Notes under the pieces: generated by a model
Seen by the model: only the letters and a program-made list of their open reading frames with translations
Database searches by the model: none
What the model was told of the DNA's origin: nothing
Position numbers and translations under genes: made by a program
Shown: in pieces, positions 9,910 through 19,309 of the stretch
How the letters are laid out: every line of letters begins with the position of its first letter
Position numbering within the stretch: position 1 is the stretch's first letter
Assembly: GCA_001825155.1 (NCBI GenBank)
Contig: MHVH01000006.1
Coordinates: forward strand, 70,939-120,238
From: Candidatus Zambryskibacteria bacterium RIFCSPHIGHO2_01_FULL_46_25
GTDB lineage: Bacteria; Patescibacteriota; Minisyncoccia; Phycocordibacterales; Zambryskibacteraceae
Reading direction: 5' to 3'
DNA: 49,300 bases

Positions 9910-10945
9910 TTTCAAGTATTTTTCTGTATAAATCTATATGTTTCTTCATAATTGAGTTCATCTCTAATTTCCTGTTATTTGGTTGTGGTGAAAGTAGAGG
10001 TAAACTCTTCGCTTGAATAAGAGATTTAATTAAATTATCGGTAAAAATTGAAATATCGTTATCATAATCAAAACTTATTACTTCGTCATCTTGTTCTTTA
10101 TAGAATCCAACATTGGATATAACAGAATAGCATCCACAATCTTTTGCTAATTCAACCTGACCACTGTGCGTTCCCCATAGGTAAGGGAGCATACATACAT
10201 GCTGTTCACAAAAAATCTCAGTGAGGTAATCGTTTGAAATTTCAGGTTGAGAGATAAGATTTATCCGTCGTGATGAATGGATAGCTTTAAAAAATCTAGC
10301 CGTTCTCCCATCTCTATTGATAGAGTTTTCGATTAATGGCTTAGTTATGATTGTGAGCGTACAGTCTGATAGCTGGGGGCATTTTAAAAAGCGTTCGACA
10401 GAATGATTAATTTCCTTGTTTTGTCGCATATCACCAACTAGGTAAATAAAATTACTCTTTTTCTTTAAATTTAGAGCCATGTGACTTGATAGCACAGCAT
10501 CAGGATTAGCCATATACCCCAAAGGAATCACTTCTATGTGTTTATTATTTCCATATGTATTTATAATCCAATTTTTACAACCATGCGTAGGTGTAATTAA
10601 TACATTTGAATAAAGGTGAAGCATTTTTTGAAACTCACCATTTCCTAAACCTTTTTCTCTCAAACTTTCTCTACTGTGGCACGTCCAGACAATAGGTTTG
10701 CCAATCATTTTAAAATAATCTAATAAGCTTTTTAATTCCAAAACTGTAAGTTTATCAAAAGAAAAGTGAATATGAACTAAATCATAAGAGTCTGGTTGGT
10801 GTCTGTTTTGGATGAATTCTGGAGTAGGGTTACCCCCAATACGGTTAAAATAGTCAGTTTCTGGGTTAACAAAAACTATCTCTCCAGATTTCTGGAATTT
10901 CGATGTATACGGGTGTCTTGAAGGTAGGCTGAGTATCCTTATCAC
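9878..10945 (-). CDS. Glycosyltransferase (GT-B, family 4-like)
   Basis: YDLVHIHF, VWTCH, EVIPLG, GDMRQNK, CMLPYLWGTHSGQVELAKDCG. Confidence 0.75.
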   Translation of the reverse strand: MIRILSLPSRHPYTSKFQKSGEIVFVNPETDYFNRIGGNPTPEFIQNRHQPDSYDLVHIHFSFDKLTVLELKSLLDYFKMIGKPIVWTCHSRESLREKGLGNGEFQKMLHLYSNVLITPTHGCKNWIINTYGNNKHIEVIPLGYMANPDAVLSSHMALNLKKKSNFIYLVGDMRQNKEINHSVERFLKCPQLSDCTLTIITKPLIENSINRDGRTARFFKAIHSSRRINLISQPEISNDYLTEIFCEQHVCMLPYLWGTHSGQVELAKDCGCYSVISNVGFYKEQDDEVISFDYDNDISIFTDNLIKSLIQAKSLPLLSPQPNNRKLEMNSIMKKHIDLYRKILEISNSEQKLLL

Positions 10946-11031
10946 AAATCGTATTGTACAAGAGAACCCTTATTTTTAGTACACTTTTCGAGGAAAAATT
11001 GCTCGGTACGTTCTTTTGCTATAATACAAAC

Positions 11032-11793
11032 ATGGCAAAGCCCATACTTGTTGCGAACTGGAAGAATCATCCGGCATCTCTTGAAGAAGCCAAGAGTCTT
11101 ATAAGGGAATTATCGAAAGCAAAACTTGTTCTCAAGAAAACGCGCCTCTTCATCGCGCCACCCTTGCCTTACTTCGAGCTTGTCTCCTCTGGCGCGAGAA
11201 GCTTCGCCGGCCTCGCTTCCCAGAACATGTTCGCGCATATGAAGGGGTCTTATACCGGTGGCATAACTCCGGGAATCCTCAAGAGCTTCGGTGTGAGGCT
11301 CGCCATAGTAGGACACAGCGAGAGGCGAGCGCAGGGAGAATCTTCCGAGGCGGTATCTCTGAAGGTCAAAGCCGCTCTGAAGGCGGGCATCGCGCCTCTG
11401 GTCTGTGTCGGCGAGCCCTCAAGAGACGCGGATGGCGAATATTTCGAAGTTTTGCGCGATGAGATTAAGGCGTCTCTCGCCGGCTTGAGCAAAAGTAATG
11501 TCTCATCGGTTATCATTGCCTACGAGCCGGTTTGGGCCATAGGCAAGAGCGCGAAGGAGTCGCTTGCTCCAGCGGAGCTCGCGGAGTCGGTCATATTTAT
11601 AAGAAAGGTTCTAAGCGACCTCTTCGGCAGGAAGGCGGCCGAGAGCGTGCATATCCTCTACGGCGGCTCGGTCGAGTATGCCAATGCGGGCACCCTTGCG
11701 CGCGAGAGCGGGATAAGCGGTTTCCTCGTCGGTCACGCATCACTCAATGCCAAACAATTTGTGGCTATCGCTAAATCTCTTACAGGAAAATGA
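11032..11793 (+). CDS. tpiA: Triosephosphate isomerase
   Basis: ANWK, IVGHSERR, AYEPVWAIG, LYGGSV, GFLVGHASL; start ATG 11032 six nt after TATAAT. Confidence 0.97.
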   Translation: MAKPILVANWKNHPASLEEAKSLIRELSKAKLVLKKTRLFIAPPLPYFELVSSGARSFAGLASQNMFAHMKGSYTGGITPGILKSFGVRLAIVGHSERRAQGESSEAVSLKVKAALKAGIAPLVCVGEPSRDADGEYFEVLRDEIKASLAGLSKSNVSSVIIAYEPVWAIGKSAKESLAPAELAESVIFIRKVLSDLFGRKAAESVHILYGGSVEYANAGTLARESGISGFLVGHASLNAKQFVAIAKSLTGK

Positions 11794-11889
11794 TTATGGA
11801 AATTTTTCTCTATTTACACACCCTTTTATTTATTGTCTAAATGTGGTATAAATAAAATAGAATCTGGTCTTTAGAAAAGAGGCAAAGGC

Positions 11890-13107
11890 ATGACAAAAAA
11901 CGAGTACGTGAGACTCGCAAATACCGAGCCGCTGGTCCAGCTACACGGAAACATCTCAGGTAAGGATTTTGTTGTCCGAGAGTACACTTACGGAGTACTT
12001 GTTCCTGACTACAACCATCCGCTGTCGTGCGTAAGTGTGGCTAACAGTTCGCTTTCCATCGACCTGTGGGTTGGCTGCAAATGGCAGTGTGCCTATTGTC
12101 AGGTTCAGGGAAGCAAACAGGATTTAGCAAATCAGGGTACGATGCCCCTGAATCCCCAGAGGAGAAACCAGGCTACCATCGAGGAAATTGTGGATGCCCT
12201 CGTCGATCATCCATTTTTTCTCCCCAATGAGACCGTGATCAGCATTGGCACGGCTAGCACCGAGCCGCTCGCTCCAGGCGCCGTGACCGACAGTACGTTC
12301 GCGCTCATGGACTACTTCGTCAAGAAGGGACTCAAAAATCCGTTTTAGATCGTCACCAAAGGCGGAGTTCCCAGAAGCCATAAGCTTGATTTCGCACGTA
12401 TCGCTAATGCAACACAAGGAGTGATGCTCTCCCTGTGTTGGGCGGACAACCCTCCTCACATAGAGCCGATACGTAACAACCGTTTCCTTAACATTGAAGA
12501 GATCAAGGAAGCGGGTGTGGCAATCGCCTGGTACATGCGCCCCATTACTCCCGAATGGAGCGGGACACGCGAACGCGTTGAGATGATGATGTTGTGGGTA
12601 AAGCAACATTACGCACCATACATCAGTTGCATCGTTCCTGGTGGTCTTCGCTGGACTGAGGGAATTGAGCGTGGCCTCGTCGAGGTTCATAGAGTTAGCA
12701 TGCCCGACATTCCCAAGATGGAAAATGAAAAGGATCTTCCATATGAACTGGCTCAAACCATCCTAGAGCTCGCTGGGGAACATTTCCCGGACACACCAGT
12801 CTACTTCAAGTCTTCTTGCGCCATCACGCACATGCTGAAGATCCCCAGCATTTCTTCAGTGCAGGTGCTGTCCCGTCCCGAATGTGAAGCATCCCTCTGC
12901 CCGTTTGCCCAAAGGCAAATCTGTGGACAGGGGTCGATCTACTCGATAACGAGTGCCGATGCCCAAAGAGTCATTGATAGGCTCGGCATTCCCACTGCCG
13001 TAAAAAGCTGGGATCCCATAAACGGGCTCATTACTGACCCGCCACTCAAGAGTTTCACCTACGCTCTCCAGCAGATTGTGCTCAATCAGCTCGGGCGCGG
13101 ACGGTAA
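11890..13107 (+). pseudogene. Radical SAM protein (spore-photoproduct-lyase-like) interrupted by one in-frame TAG
   Basis: CxxxCxxC motif GCKWQCAYC. ORFs 11890..12348 and 12421..13107 share a frame and the gap is open except TAG at 12346-12348 (NPF*IVTK). Confidence 0.8.
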
Positions 13108-13145
13108 AGCAACACAACAGGTGCCACTCTTTGGCACCTGTTTCT

Positions 13146-13700
13146 TTATTCAAACCTACTGAAAGTAAACCACCGCATTTTTCCTATAGGTATATTGTAT
13201 TTTTTTTCTATAACACTCTTGGCATCGTCAAAAACAGCAGAGCCCCAGCTAAATCCTAATGATGCTGAAATTTGTTGTAACTCATCTTCAGATTTTCCTT
13301 CAAGCTCAACATAAGGCGGGATGTTAGGCCAGGTATCAATGTCGATGGCAGTATCGCCCAGTAAAAAACTGTGGCGCTTTTTTTCCTGACGACGATATGC
13401 TATCAAACCAACATTCTCAAGAAGTTTGGTCATTTTTTCTGGATTATCGACAATAGACTCTACTTCATGGGCACTATCAATTGTCTGGCCCCTATTTTCC
13501 TTATAGGTCAAAGTTGTAACATTGCCAATTGTACGCAATCTGACAAATCTTTTTTCTTCGAGCCAAGAGAGATCTGAGTCGTAAAAGATAGTTTCATTTA
13601 GAATGTTTTCTCCCTTATCCTTTGCTCCGAGTTTAATGAGCTTCTCTGCCAACTCATTTTTATTTATCTCCAAAAAACGAACCTCTATCTCTTTGTTCAT
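13146..13700 (-). CDS. CYTH-domain protein (class IV adenylate cyclase/triphosphatase fold)
   Basis: N-terminal EIEVRF, VRLR, LTYK, EVE, QEKKR, IDIDTWP, YVELEG. Confidence 0.85.
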   Translation of the reverse strand: MNKEIEVRFLEINKNELAEKLIKLGAKDKGENILNETIFYDSDLSWLEEKRFVRLRTIGNVTTLTYKENRGQTIDSAHEVESIVDNPEKMTKLLENVGLIAYRRQEKKRHSFLLGDTAIDIDTWPNIPPYVELEGKSEDELQQISASLGFSWGSAVFDDAKSVIEKKYNIPIGKMRWFTFSRFE

Positions 13701-13783
13701 AGTTTTTCTACTGCCTTACTATTATATATCAAAAACCTTATTTTTTATGAAAAGGCCCGGGCGTTGTTGCGCTCGGGCCTGTG

Positions 13784-14203
13784 TTACAGTTGGTGGAAAA
13801 GCCGAACATCGTTCTCGGCTTCCTGTTGGTTTTTGGGACGGTGAATTGCATTGGCGTAGTATCTTACCTCGCCAATAATGAACGGGTTCTTCTGGCCGAA
13901 TCGGATCCTTATACTTTCAGGCTCGCAATCGCCAGGAGCAGTAGCGGTCCCCGAAAGGCGGAAAAGGGTTGCTACCGCATTTTCGCCAATCACCAATCCG
14001 GCCTCTGCCAATGAAGCAAAGGCGAGGCATGTAGCGCTCCAGAGATCTTCGGAAAGATCCGGATACAGCTTTTTCAGCGCCCACTTAGGCATGACAAGAA
14101 CTTTGGTGTCTATGATGATAAGCCCAGCTTTTTCGATGATTGTCCTGATTTCACCAGAGTATGCCATGGCCTCGGGCTTGATAACGTACAAGCTCGTTTC
14201 CAA
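13784..14203 (-). CDS. ndk: Nucleoside diphosphate kinase
   Basis: VIKPEA, GTATAP...SIRIRFG, NAIH with catalytic His; TTG start. Confidence 0.85.
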   Translation of the reverse strand: METSLYVIKPEAMAYSGEIRTIIEKAGLIIIDTKVLVMPKWALKKLYPDLSEDLWSATCLAFASLAEAGLVIGENAVATLFRLSGTATAPGDCEPESIRIRFGQKNPFIIGEVRYYANAIHRPKNQQEAENDVRLFHQL

Positions 14204-14340
14204 TCATCACCCCATTTCTTTAGTAGTTATTAGTGGCAGGAACAGTCTTGATTGAACTACAAGTAACATACAGATTTTCTATCCCTAAGTCAACCACTTG
14301 TAATGGAGAATTCTGATTCTGTTTTGCTATAATTCATCTG

Positions 14341-15246
14341 ATGAAATCAGTCACCGAAGCTGGGGATTTGCAGGGCAAGCGCGTCTTGGTGCGCGTGGAT
14401 TGGAGTATTCCTGATTTAAAAAACGATTTTCAGATCAGAGCAACGCTTCCTACATTGGAGTATTTGGAGAAGATGGGAGCCAAAATTATTGTAGCCACAC
14501 ATTTGGAAAACGAGACCATCGAAGATTTAAAGAGATACCTGCCCGAAGGCGCGGAACTCTTACCGAATTTGCGCGATAATCCGGGCGAAGAAGCGAACTC
14601 CGAGGAGTTCGCGAAAGAATTGGCAAACAAAGCAGACATTTACGTCAACGAGGCCTTCTCTGTCTCGCATAGAGAACACGCGTCTATAGTTGGGGTGCCG
14701 AAATTTCTGCCAAGTTATGCCGGCATCGAGTTTATGGAAGAAATAGCTGCGCTTTCGAAAGCCTTCCACCCGCCCCATCCGTTTATTCTTCTCTTGGGCG
14801 GAGCAAAATTCGATACAAAACTGCCTCTTGTCCAGAAATTCGCCCAAATTGCGGACAAGGTCTTTATCGCCGGAGCCATGGCGGCGAAAGTGCCGGAAGT
14901 CATGACCCAAAATCCGAAAGTGGTATTGCCCGTGGGCGACATCGCGGCACTTGATGCCGACGACAACGTCATCAATCAGATTTCCGGAATAATTGCCGAT
15001 GCAAAATTTATTTTGTGGAACGGACCTCTGGGCAAATATGAGAAAGGCTATACGGAAGGGACGCTGAAGCTCGCGCGCCTTCTCGCCGAGAGCGGCAAAG
15101 AGGTGATAGTCGGCGGCGCGAATACTCTGGCGGCGATTAAAGAATTGAATATTTACGATAAATTCACTTTCGTCTCCACCGCCGGCGGCGCTATGCTCGA
15201 ATTCTTAGCCACGGAGACTCTGCCCGGCATTCAAGCTTTGGAATAA
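14341..15246 (+). CDS. pgk: Phosphoglycerate kinase (compact, 301 aa)
   Basis: GKRVLVRVD, LLPNLR, YVNEAFSVSHREHAS, LGGAK, WNGPLG, STAGGAMLEFL. Confidence 0.95.
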   Translation: MKSVTEAGDLQGKRVLVRVDWSIPDLKNDFQIRATLPTLEYLEKMGAKIIVATHLENETIEDLKRYLPEGAELLPNLRDNPGEEANSEEFAKELANKADIYVNEAFSVSHREHASIVGVPKFLPSYAGIEFMEEIAALSKAFHPPHPFILLLGGAKFDTKLPLVQKFAQIADKVFIAGAMAAKVPEVMTQNPKVVLPVGDIAALDADDNVINQISGIIADAKFILWNGPLGKYEKGYTEGTLKLARLLAESGKEVIVGGANTLAAIKELNIYDKFTFVSTAGGAMLEFLATETLPGIQALE

Positions 15247-15335
15247 AGTAATTTGAAAAATCGCGCTAGCATTTTCTGTTGAAAATGCACGCTCCACTCG
15301 CGCCGTCGCGCTCCGTGACGATTTTTCCTCTTACT

Positions 15336-15725
15336 TTATTCCAGCGCGGCACGAATCTTGTTCGCGTTTGTATCAAAATCTTTCGGATCGCCTGAAGCGT
15401 CATTTGGCCAGACCCAGATGTGGGCGTGGGGGACTTCGTCACCGAAGATTTGTGAGCGAATCATCTCTGTATTGAAAGCTTTTTGCTGCGCTAACGCAAC
15501 TTTTCTCACTACTTCGAAATACGCTCCAATCGATCCTTGCCCTCCCCCGGAGGGCAAGTCCCATACCCAGCGATAATGTTCCTTCGGAATAACTTGCACG
15601 TGGCCCACTCCGTGGGGATTAATATCCAAAAAGGCGAGGAAATTCTCATCTTCATACACTTTGTACGAAGGAATTTCGCCTTTTGCTATTTTGCAGAAAA
15701 TGCAATTCGTTTCATTCGTACTCAT
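15336..15725 (-). CDS. HIT family hydrolase
   Basis: CIFCKI, AFLDINP, GHVQVIPK, VPHAHIW (third His replaced by Trp). Confidence 0.9.
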   Translation of the reverse strand: MSTNETNCIFCKIAKGEIPSYKVYEDENFLAFLDINPHGVGHVQVIPKEHYRWVWDLPSGGGQGSIGAYFEVVRKVALAQQKAFNTEMIRSQIFGDEVPHAHIWVWPNDASGDPKDFDTNANKIRAALE

Positions 15726-15743
15726 TCGTATATTAGTATCGTG

Positions 15744-16637
15744 TTAGTAATTCTCGTAATCTACCAACTGCCCGTTCGTGTTATAAAGCTCAATCGTTTC
15801 ATACTTATCCGCCCACATCTCCCAACCTCGGCCGAGGAAGATTCTCCAGTTCTTGCTCTCGAATCCCTTGTCAGAGCTGTGATAAGCGAGACAGCCCCGG
15901 TAGCTGTAATGCTCTTTGATAAAGGCTCTGCAAACGCCGGAGAGACGCTTGCCGTCAATGCAGTCGTCACATCGTTCGCCGAATTTATCCTTGCCGCCGA
16001 AGACGGGAGTCTGGCAGGAAGGCATATAGGAGAGGAAGTCACGACACTCCCGATCCAGGTTCTCTACGCCCGGTTCATCGGATGGTCTGGGGCAGTTTCG
16101 CGAGAGAGAGGGGGTGAAGGCGTAATCCGGCAGAGCCTCGATATAGCCCGTGCATATATTCTCTTTGAAATTGGTAATCTTGTAAGGAGTTTGCACTCCG
16201 ACTGAACCGGTGGTGATGACAGCTCTACCGCCCGCCTCGAGGACGAAGGCTGGCAAGACTGCCACGTCTGCCGAGAAGCGTTGGAGGATATTGCCGCTAT
16301 AGTATGGACGCTCGTCCTTGCCATTCCTTAGCTGCCAGCCGGAGAGATTTACTGCGGAGCTGCCTGTGTTGTCTATAGTGATGTATTCCTCATACGATTG
16401 ATACGCGTAAGCCGCGTTGCCGGAGCCAATGGATATATATTGCGCTTGCGCGGCCGTGCGCGAAGAATCGGATGAAGGCGCATACAATAACCCCGAGGAT
16501 GAGAAAGGGCTTCCGTTCGGGTTGATGGAGCCGAGTTTGCGGTCGCCTGAGGAGGTGGAGAATACGATGACGAGAAGCACGGCAAGCACGACAATGCCCT
16601 GTATTACCCCTTGGCCGGTTTGTAGGTTTTTTCTCAT
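15744..16637 (-). CDS. Membrane-anchored lamin-tail-domain-like protein
   Basis: N-terminal TM; EYITIDNTGSSAVNLSGWQL and ETIELYNTNGQLVD are LTD-like motifs. Confidence 0.65.
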   Translation of the reverse strand: MRKNLQTGQGVIQGIVVLAVLLVIVFSTSSGDRKLGSINPNGSPFSSSGLLYAPSSDSSRTAAQAQYISIGSGNAAYAYQSYEEYITIDNTGSSAVNLSGWQLRNGKDERPYYSGNILQRFSADVAVLPAFVLEAGGRAVITTGSVGVQTPYKITNFKENICTGYIEALPDYAFTPSLSRNCPRPSDEPGVENLDRECRDFLSYMPSCQTPVFGGKDKFGERCDDCIDGKRLSGVCRAFIKEHYSYRGCLAYHSSDKGFESKNWRIFLGRGWEMWADKYETIELYNTNGQLVDYENY

Positions 16638-16667
16638 AAATCTATCTTACCATGCTAAAATACTCGA

Positions 16668-18305
16668 ATGCATTTCCCCGAACTCTTGGAAATTCTCCTA
16701 AAACAGAGAGGTATCTCGCCTGAAGAAAAGGAAAACTTTTTCAATCCGGACTATAATCGACTGCATGACGCGCTTTTGCTCCCAGACATGGAGAAGGCTC
16801 GCGATAGGGTGATAAGAGCGATGAAGGAAGATGAACATATTGTGGTTTTCTCGGACTACGATGCCGACGGCATACCGGGAGCGGTAGTGCTCTCGGACTT
16901 TTTTAACAGAGCGGGGTATAAAAATATTTCTTTCTACATTCCTCACAGGCACGACGAGGGCTTCGGCTTGAATGAGGACGCGATTGAAGAATGCGCGAAG
17001 AAGGGAGCCAATCTTATAATCACCGTGGATTGCGGTACGGCGGACGCAGAGGAATTGGCGCTTGCGAAAAAACTTGGCATGGATGTAATCGTGACGGACC
17101 ACCACGAGTCATCCGAATTGCCAAAAGCGTTTGCCATAGTGAATCCAAAACTCAAAGACTCCAAATATCCCTTCCGGGATATTTGTGGCGCGGCTATCGC
17201 CTTCAAACTGGTGCAGGCGATATTGGCGAAAGAAAAATCCGCCAGCTGGCGGATCGGCATCAAGGAGGGTATGGAGAAGTGGTCTCTCGACATGGTGGGC
17301 ATCGCCACTCTCTCGGACATGGTGCCGCTGGTGGGGGAGAACAGGATTTTCGCGCGCTTCGGCCTCGATGTATTGAGAAAGTCTCCGAGGCCGGGGCTCG
17401 CGGCGCTCTTTAACAAGCTTAATCTGGATAGGAAAACGCTTACAGAAGACGATGTCACCTTCATGATTACGCCAAGGATCAATGCCGCTTCCCGTATGGG
17501 CGTGCCGTATGACGCCTTCAAACTTCTTTCGACGAACGACCCCGAGGAAGCGGAAAAGCTGGTAGTTCATCTCGAGAAAATCAACAATGAACGCAAGGGG
17601 ATGGTGGCAAGCATGGTAAAAGAAGCGAAGAATCATCTCGAAAAGCGGGAAAGGGTCGGAGAAGTGATTGTGGTCGGCAATCCGGAGTGGAAGCCGTCTC
17701 TTGTGGGTCTTGTTTGCAACTCTTTGGTAGAGGCGTATGCAAAACCAGCTTTTGTGTGGGGTCGGGACGGAGATGGGGTGATTAAGGGTTCGTGCCGGTC
17801 GTACAACGGTTACAACTTATTTAAATTGATGGAGAGCGCGAAGGATTCCTTCATAGAATTTGGTGGGCACACGGGCGCGGGCGGATTCTCGGTCACTTTG
17901 GAAAATCTGGCAACACTGGAGGAGAAACTCTCAGATGCGCTTCAGGCGGTTTCTCCGCCACTTGGCGGTGAAACCGCCAAGTCCCTCGCGGTCACTCTTC
18001 CCGATATTTGCGAGGATCTTTGGAAAGTTGTTGCGCAATTCGCCCCGTTTGGAATTGGCAACGAGAAACCGGTTTTCAAAATCGCCAATGCGCCGATAAA
18101 ATCGCTTCGCCAGTTCGGCAAAGAGAATAATCACATGGAACTCGGCCTCGGCAATGGGCTCAAGGCCATCTCTTTCTTCTCTTCTCCTTCTTCTTACTCC
18201 ATACTTCCTACTGCTACCCAATGCACCCTCTACGCCCACATTGAAAAATCCTATTTCAGAAATCGCCCGGAGATACGTCTGAGGATAGTTGATATAGAAA
18301 GTTAA
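16668..18305 (+). CDS. recJ: Single-stranded-DNA exonuclease RecJ
   Basis: SDYDADG, ITVDCG, TDHH, PRINAASR, GSCRS, GGHTGAGG, APFGIGNEKP. Confidence 0.97.
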   Translation: MHFPELLEILLKQRGISPEEKENFFNPDYNRLHDALLLPDMEKARDRVIRAMKEDEHIVVFSDYDADGIPGAVVLSDFFNRAGYKNISFYIPHRHDEGFGLNEDAIEECAKKGANLIITVDCGTADAEELALAKKLGMDVIVTDHHESSELPKAFAIVNPKLKDSKYPFRDICGAAIAFKLVQAILAKEKSASWRIGIKEGMEKWSLDMVGIATLSDMVPLVGENRIFARFGLDVLRKSPRPGLAALFNKLNLDRKTLTEDDVTFMITPRINAASRMGVPYDAFKLLSTNDPEEAEKLVVHLEKINNERKGMVASMVKEAKNHLEKRERVGEVIVVGNPEWKPSLVGLVCNSLVEAYAKPAFVWGRDGDGVIKGSCRSYNGYNLFKLMESAKDSFIEFGGHTGAGGFSVTLENLATLEEKLSDALQAVSPPLGGETAKSLAVTLPDICEDLWKVVAQFAPFGIGNEKPVFKIANAPIKSLRQFGKENNHMELGLGNGLKAISFFSSPSSYSILPTATQCTLYAHIEKSYFRNRPEIRLRIVDIES

Positions 18306-18307
18306 AC

Positions 18308-18769
18308 TTAATTTAAATAATCTTCAATCTCTTTTATTCTTTTTAAATCGTCTTGTTCTTTTTTCTCTTTCCTAAGTTTTCCTTGAAGGCCGATTTCATA
18401 AATCTTTAAATGCTGATCGGGGGAGATATTGAAAAAATTGGCATTCTTTAACGAAGCCGGTTCTAATTTAAGCGGTTCTCCTATTAATGTTTCAATATCT
18501 TTCTTGTCTATGAATGAGACATAAACATCACTTCTGATTAATTCTCTTTCATGATCCGGATCAGTTCTAAATCCGTTTTTTAACAAAACTTCTTTGCATG
18601 TTAAAAAGTCCTCAGGCTTATTTATGATAAAGTCGATGTCATTGACGTCATTTTTACTATTCAACGCCAAATATAATCCCAAAGAACCATAAACAATCGG
18701 GCGGATACTCTCTTTGTTGAGTTTTTCTGTTATCTCTACGAAAGTATTCACTAATTGGGAATCAGACAT
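18308..18769 (-). CDS. Nucleotidyltransferase-superfamily hypothetical protein
   Basis: YGSLG ... DIDF (GS plus DxD); AT-rich. Confidence 0.55.
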   Translation of the reverse strand: MSDSQLVNTFVEITEKLNKESIRPIVYGSLGLYLALNSKNDVNDIDFIINKPEDFLTCKEVLLKNGFRTDPDHERELIRSDVYVSFIDKKDIETLIGEPLKLEPASLKNANFFNISPDQHLKIYEIGLQGKLRKEKKEQDDLKRIKEIEDYLN

Positions 18770-18832
18770 ATCCCTACTTTAGCTCATATTTCATAAAAAA
18801 TCCTTTAACTTGCCTATGCTAGACTTTAAGTA

Positions 18833-19309
18833 ATGATTACTATTTATACAGACGGAGCATCGAGAGGGAATCCCGGTCCGGGAGGCTGGGGCGCTATTAT
18901 CATAAACACCGTGAGGGTGGCGGAGCTTGGTGGCAGGGAAGAACATACGACCAACAACAGGATGGAACTCGTGGCCGCCATTAAGGCATTGGGCTTCGCC
19001 GGTAAACTCGACGATACTCCGATGGAAGTGCATACCGACTCCGAATACGTGATGAAAGGCATGACTTCCTGGATTACAGGCTGGCAGAAGAGGAACTGGC
19101 GTACCACTTCGAAAAAGCCTGTGTTAAATCAGGATTTGTGGAAAGAACTCTTGAGGGTGGCTGAAGGCAAGGCGATAGAATGGAAGCACGTTGCCGGCCA
19201 CTCTGGTCACAAGCCGAACGACCGATGCGATGAGATAGCAACTTCTTACGCGGACGATATTTCTACGCCTCTCTACAATGGACCGCGCGATTTTTACAAG
19301 CATCTTTAG
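18833..19309 (+). CDS. rnhA: Ribonuclease HI
   Basis: YTDGASRGNPGPGGWG, TTNNRMEL, TDSEYV, NQDLW, HVAGHSG, NDRCD. Confidence 0.97.
   Translation: MITIYTDGASRGNPGPGGWGAIIINTVRVAELGGREEHTTNNRMELVAAIKALGFAGKLDDTPMEVHTDSEYVMKGMTSWITGWQKRNWRTTSKKPVLNQDLWKELLRVAEGKAIEWKHVAGHSGHKPNDRCDEIATSYADDISTPLYNGPRDFYKHL

Noticed and set aside
12346-12348. Alternative genetic code or pyrrolysine readthrough of TAG
   Set aside because: Many conserved genes here end at TAG and others at TGA at the expected positions; no pyl genes are visible.
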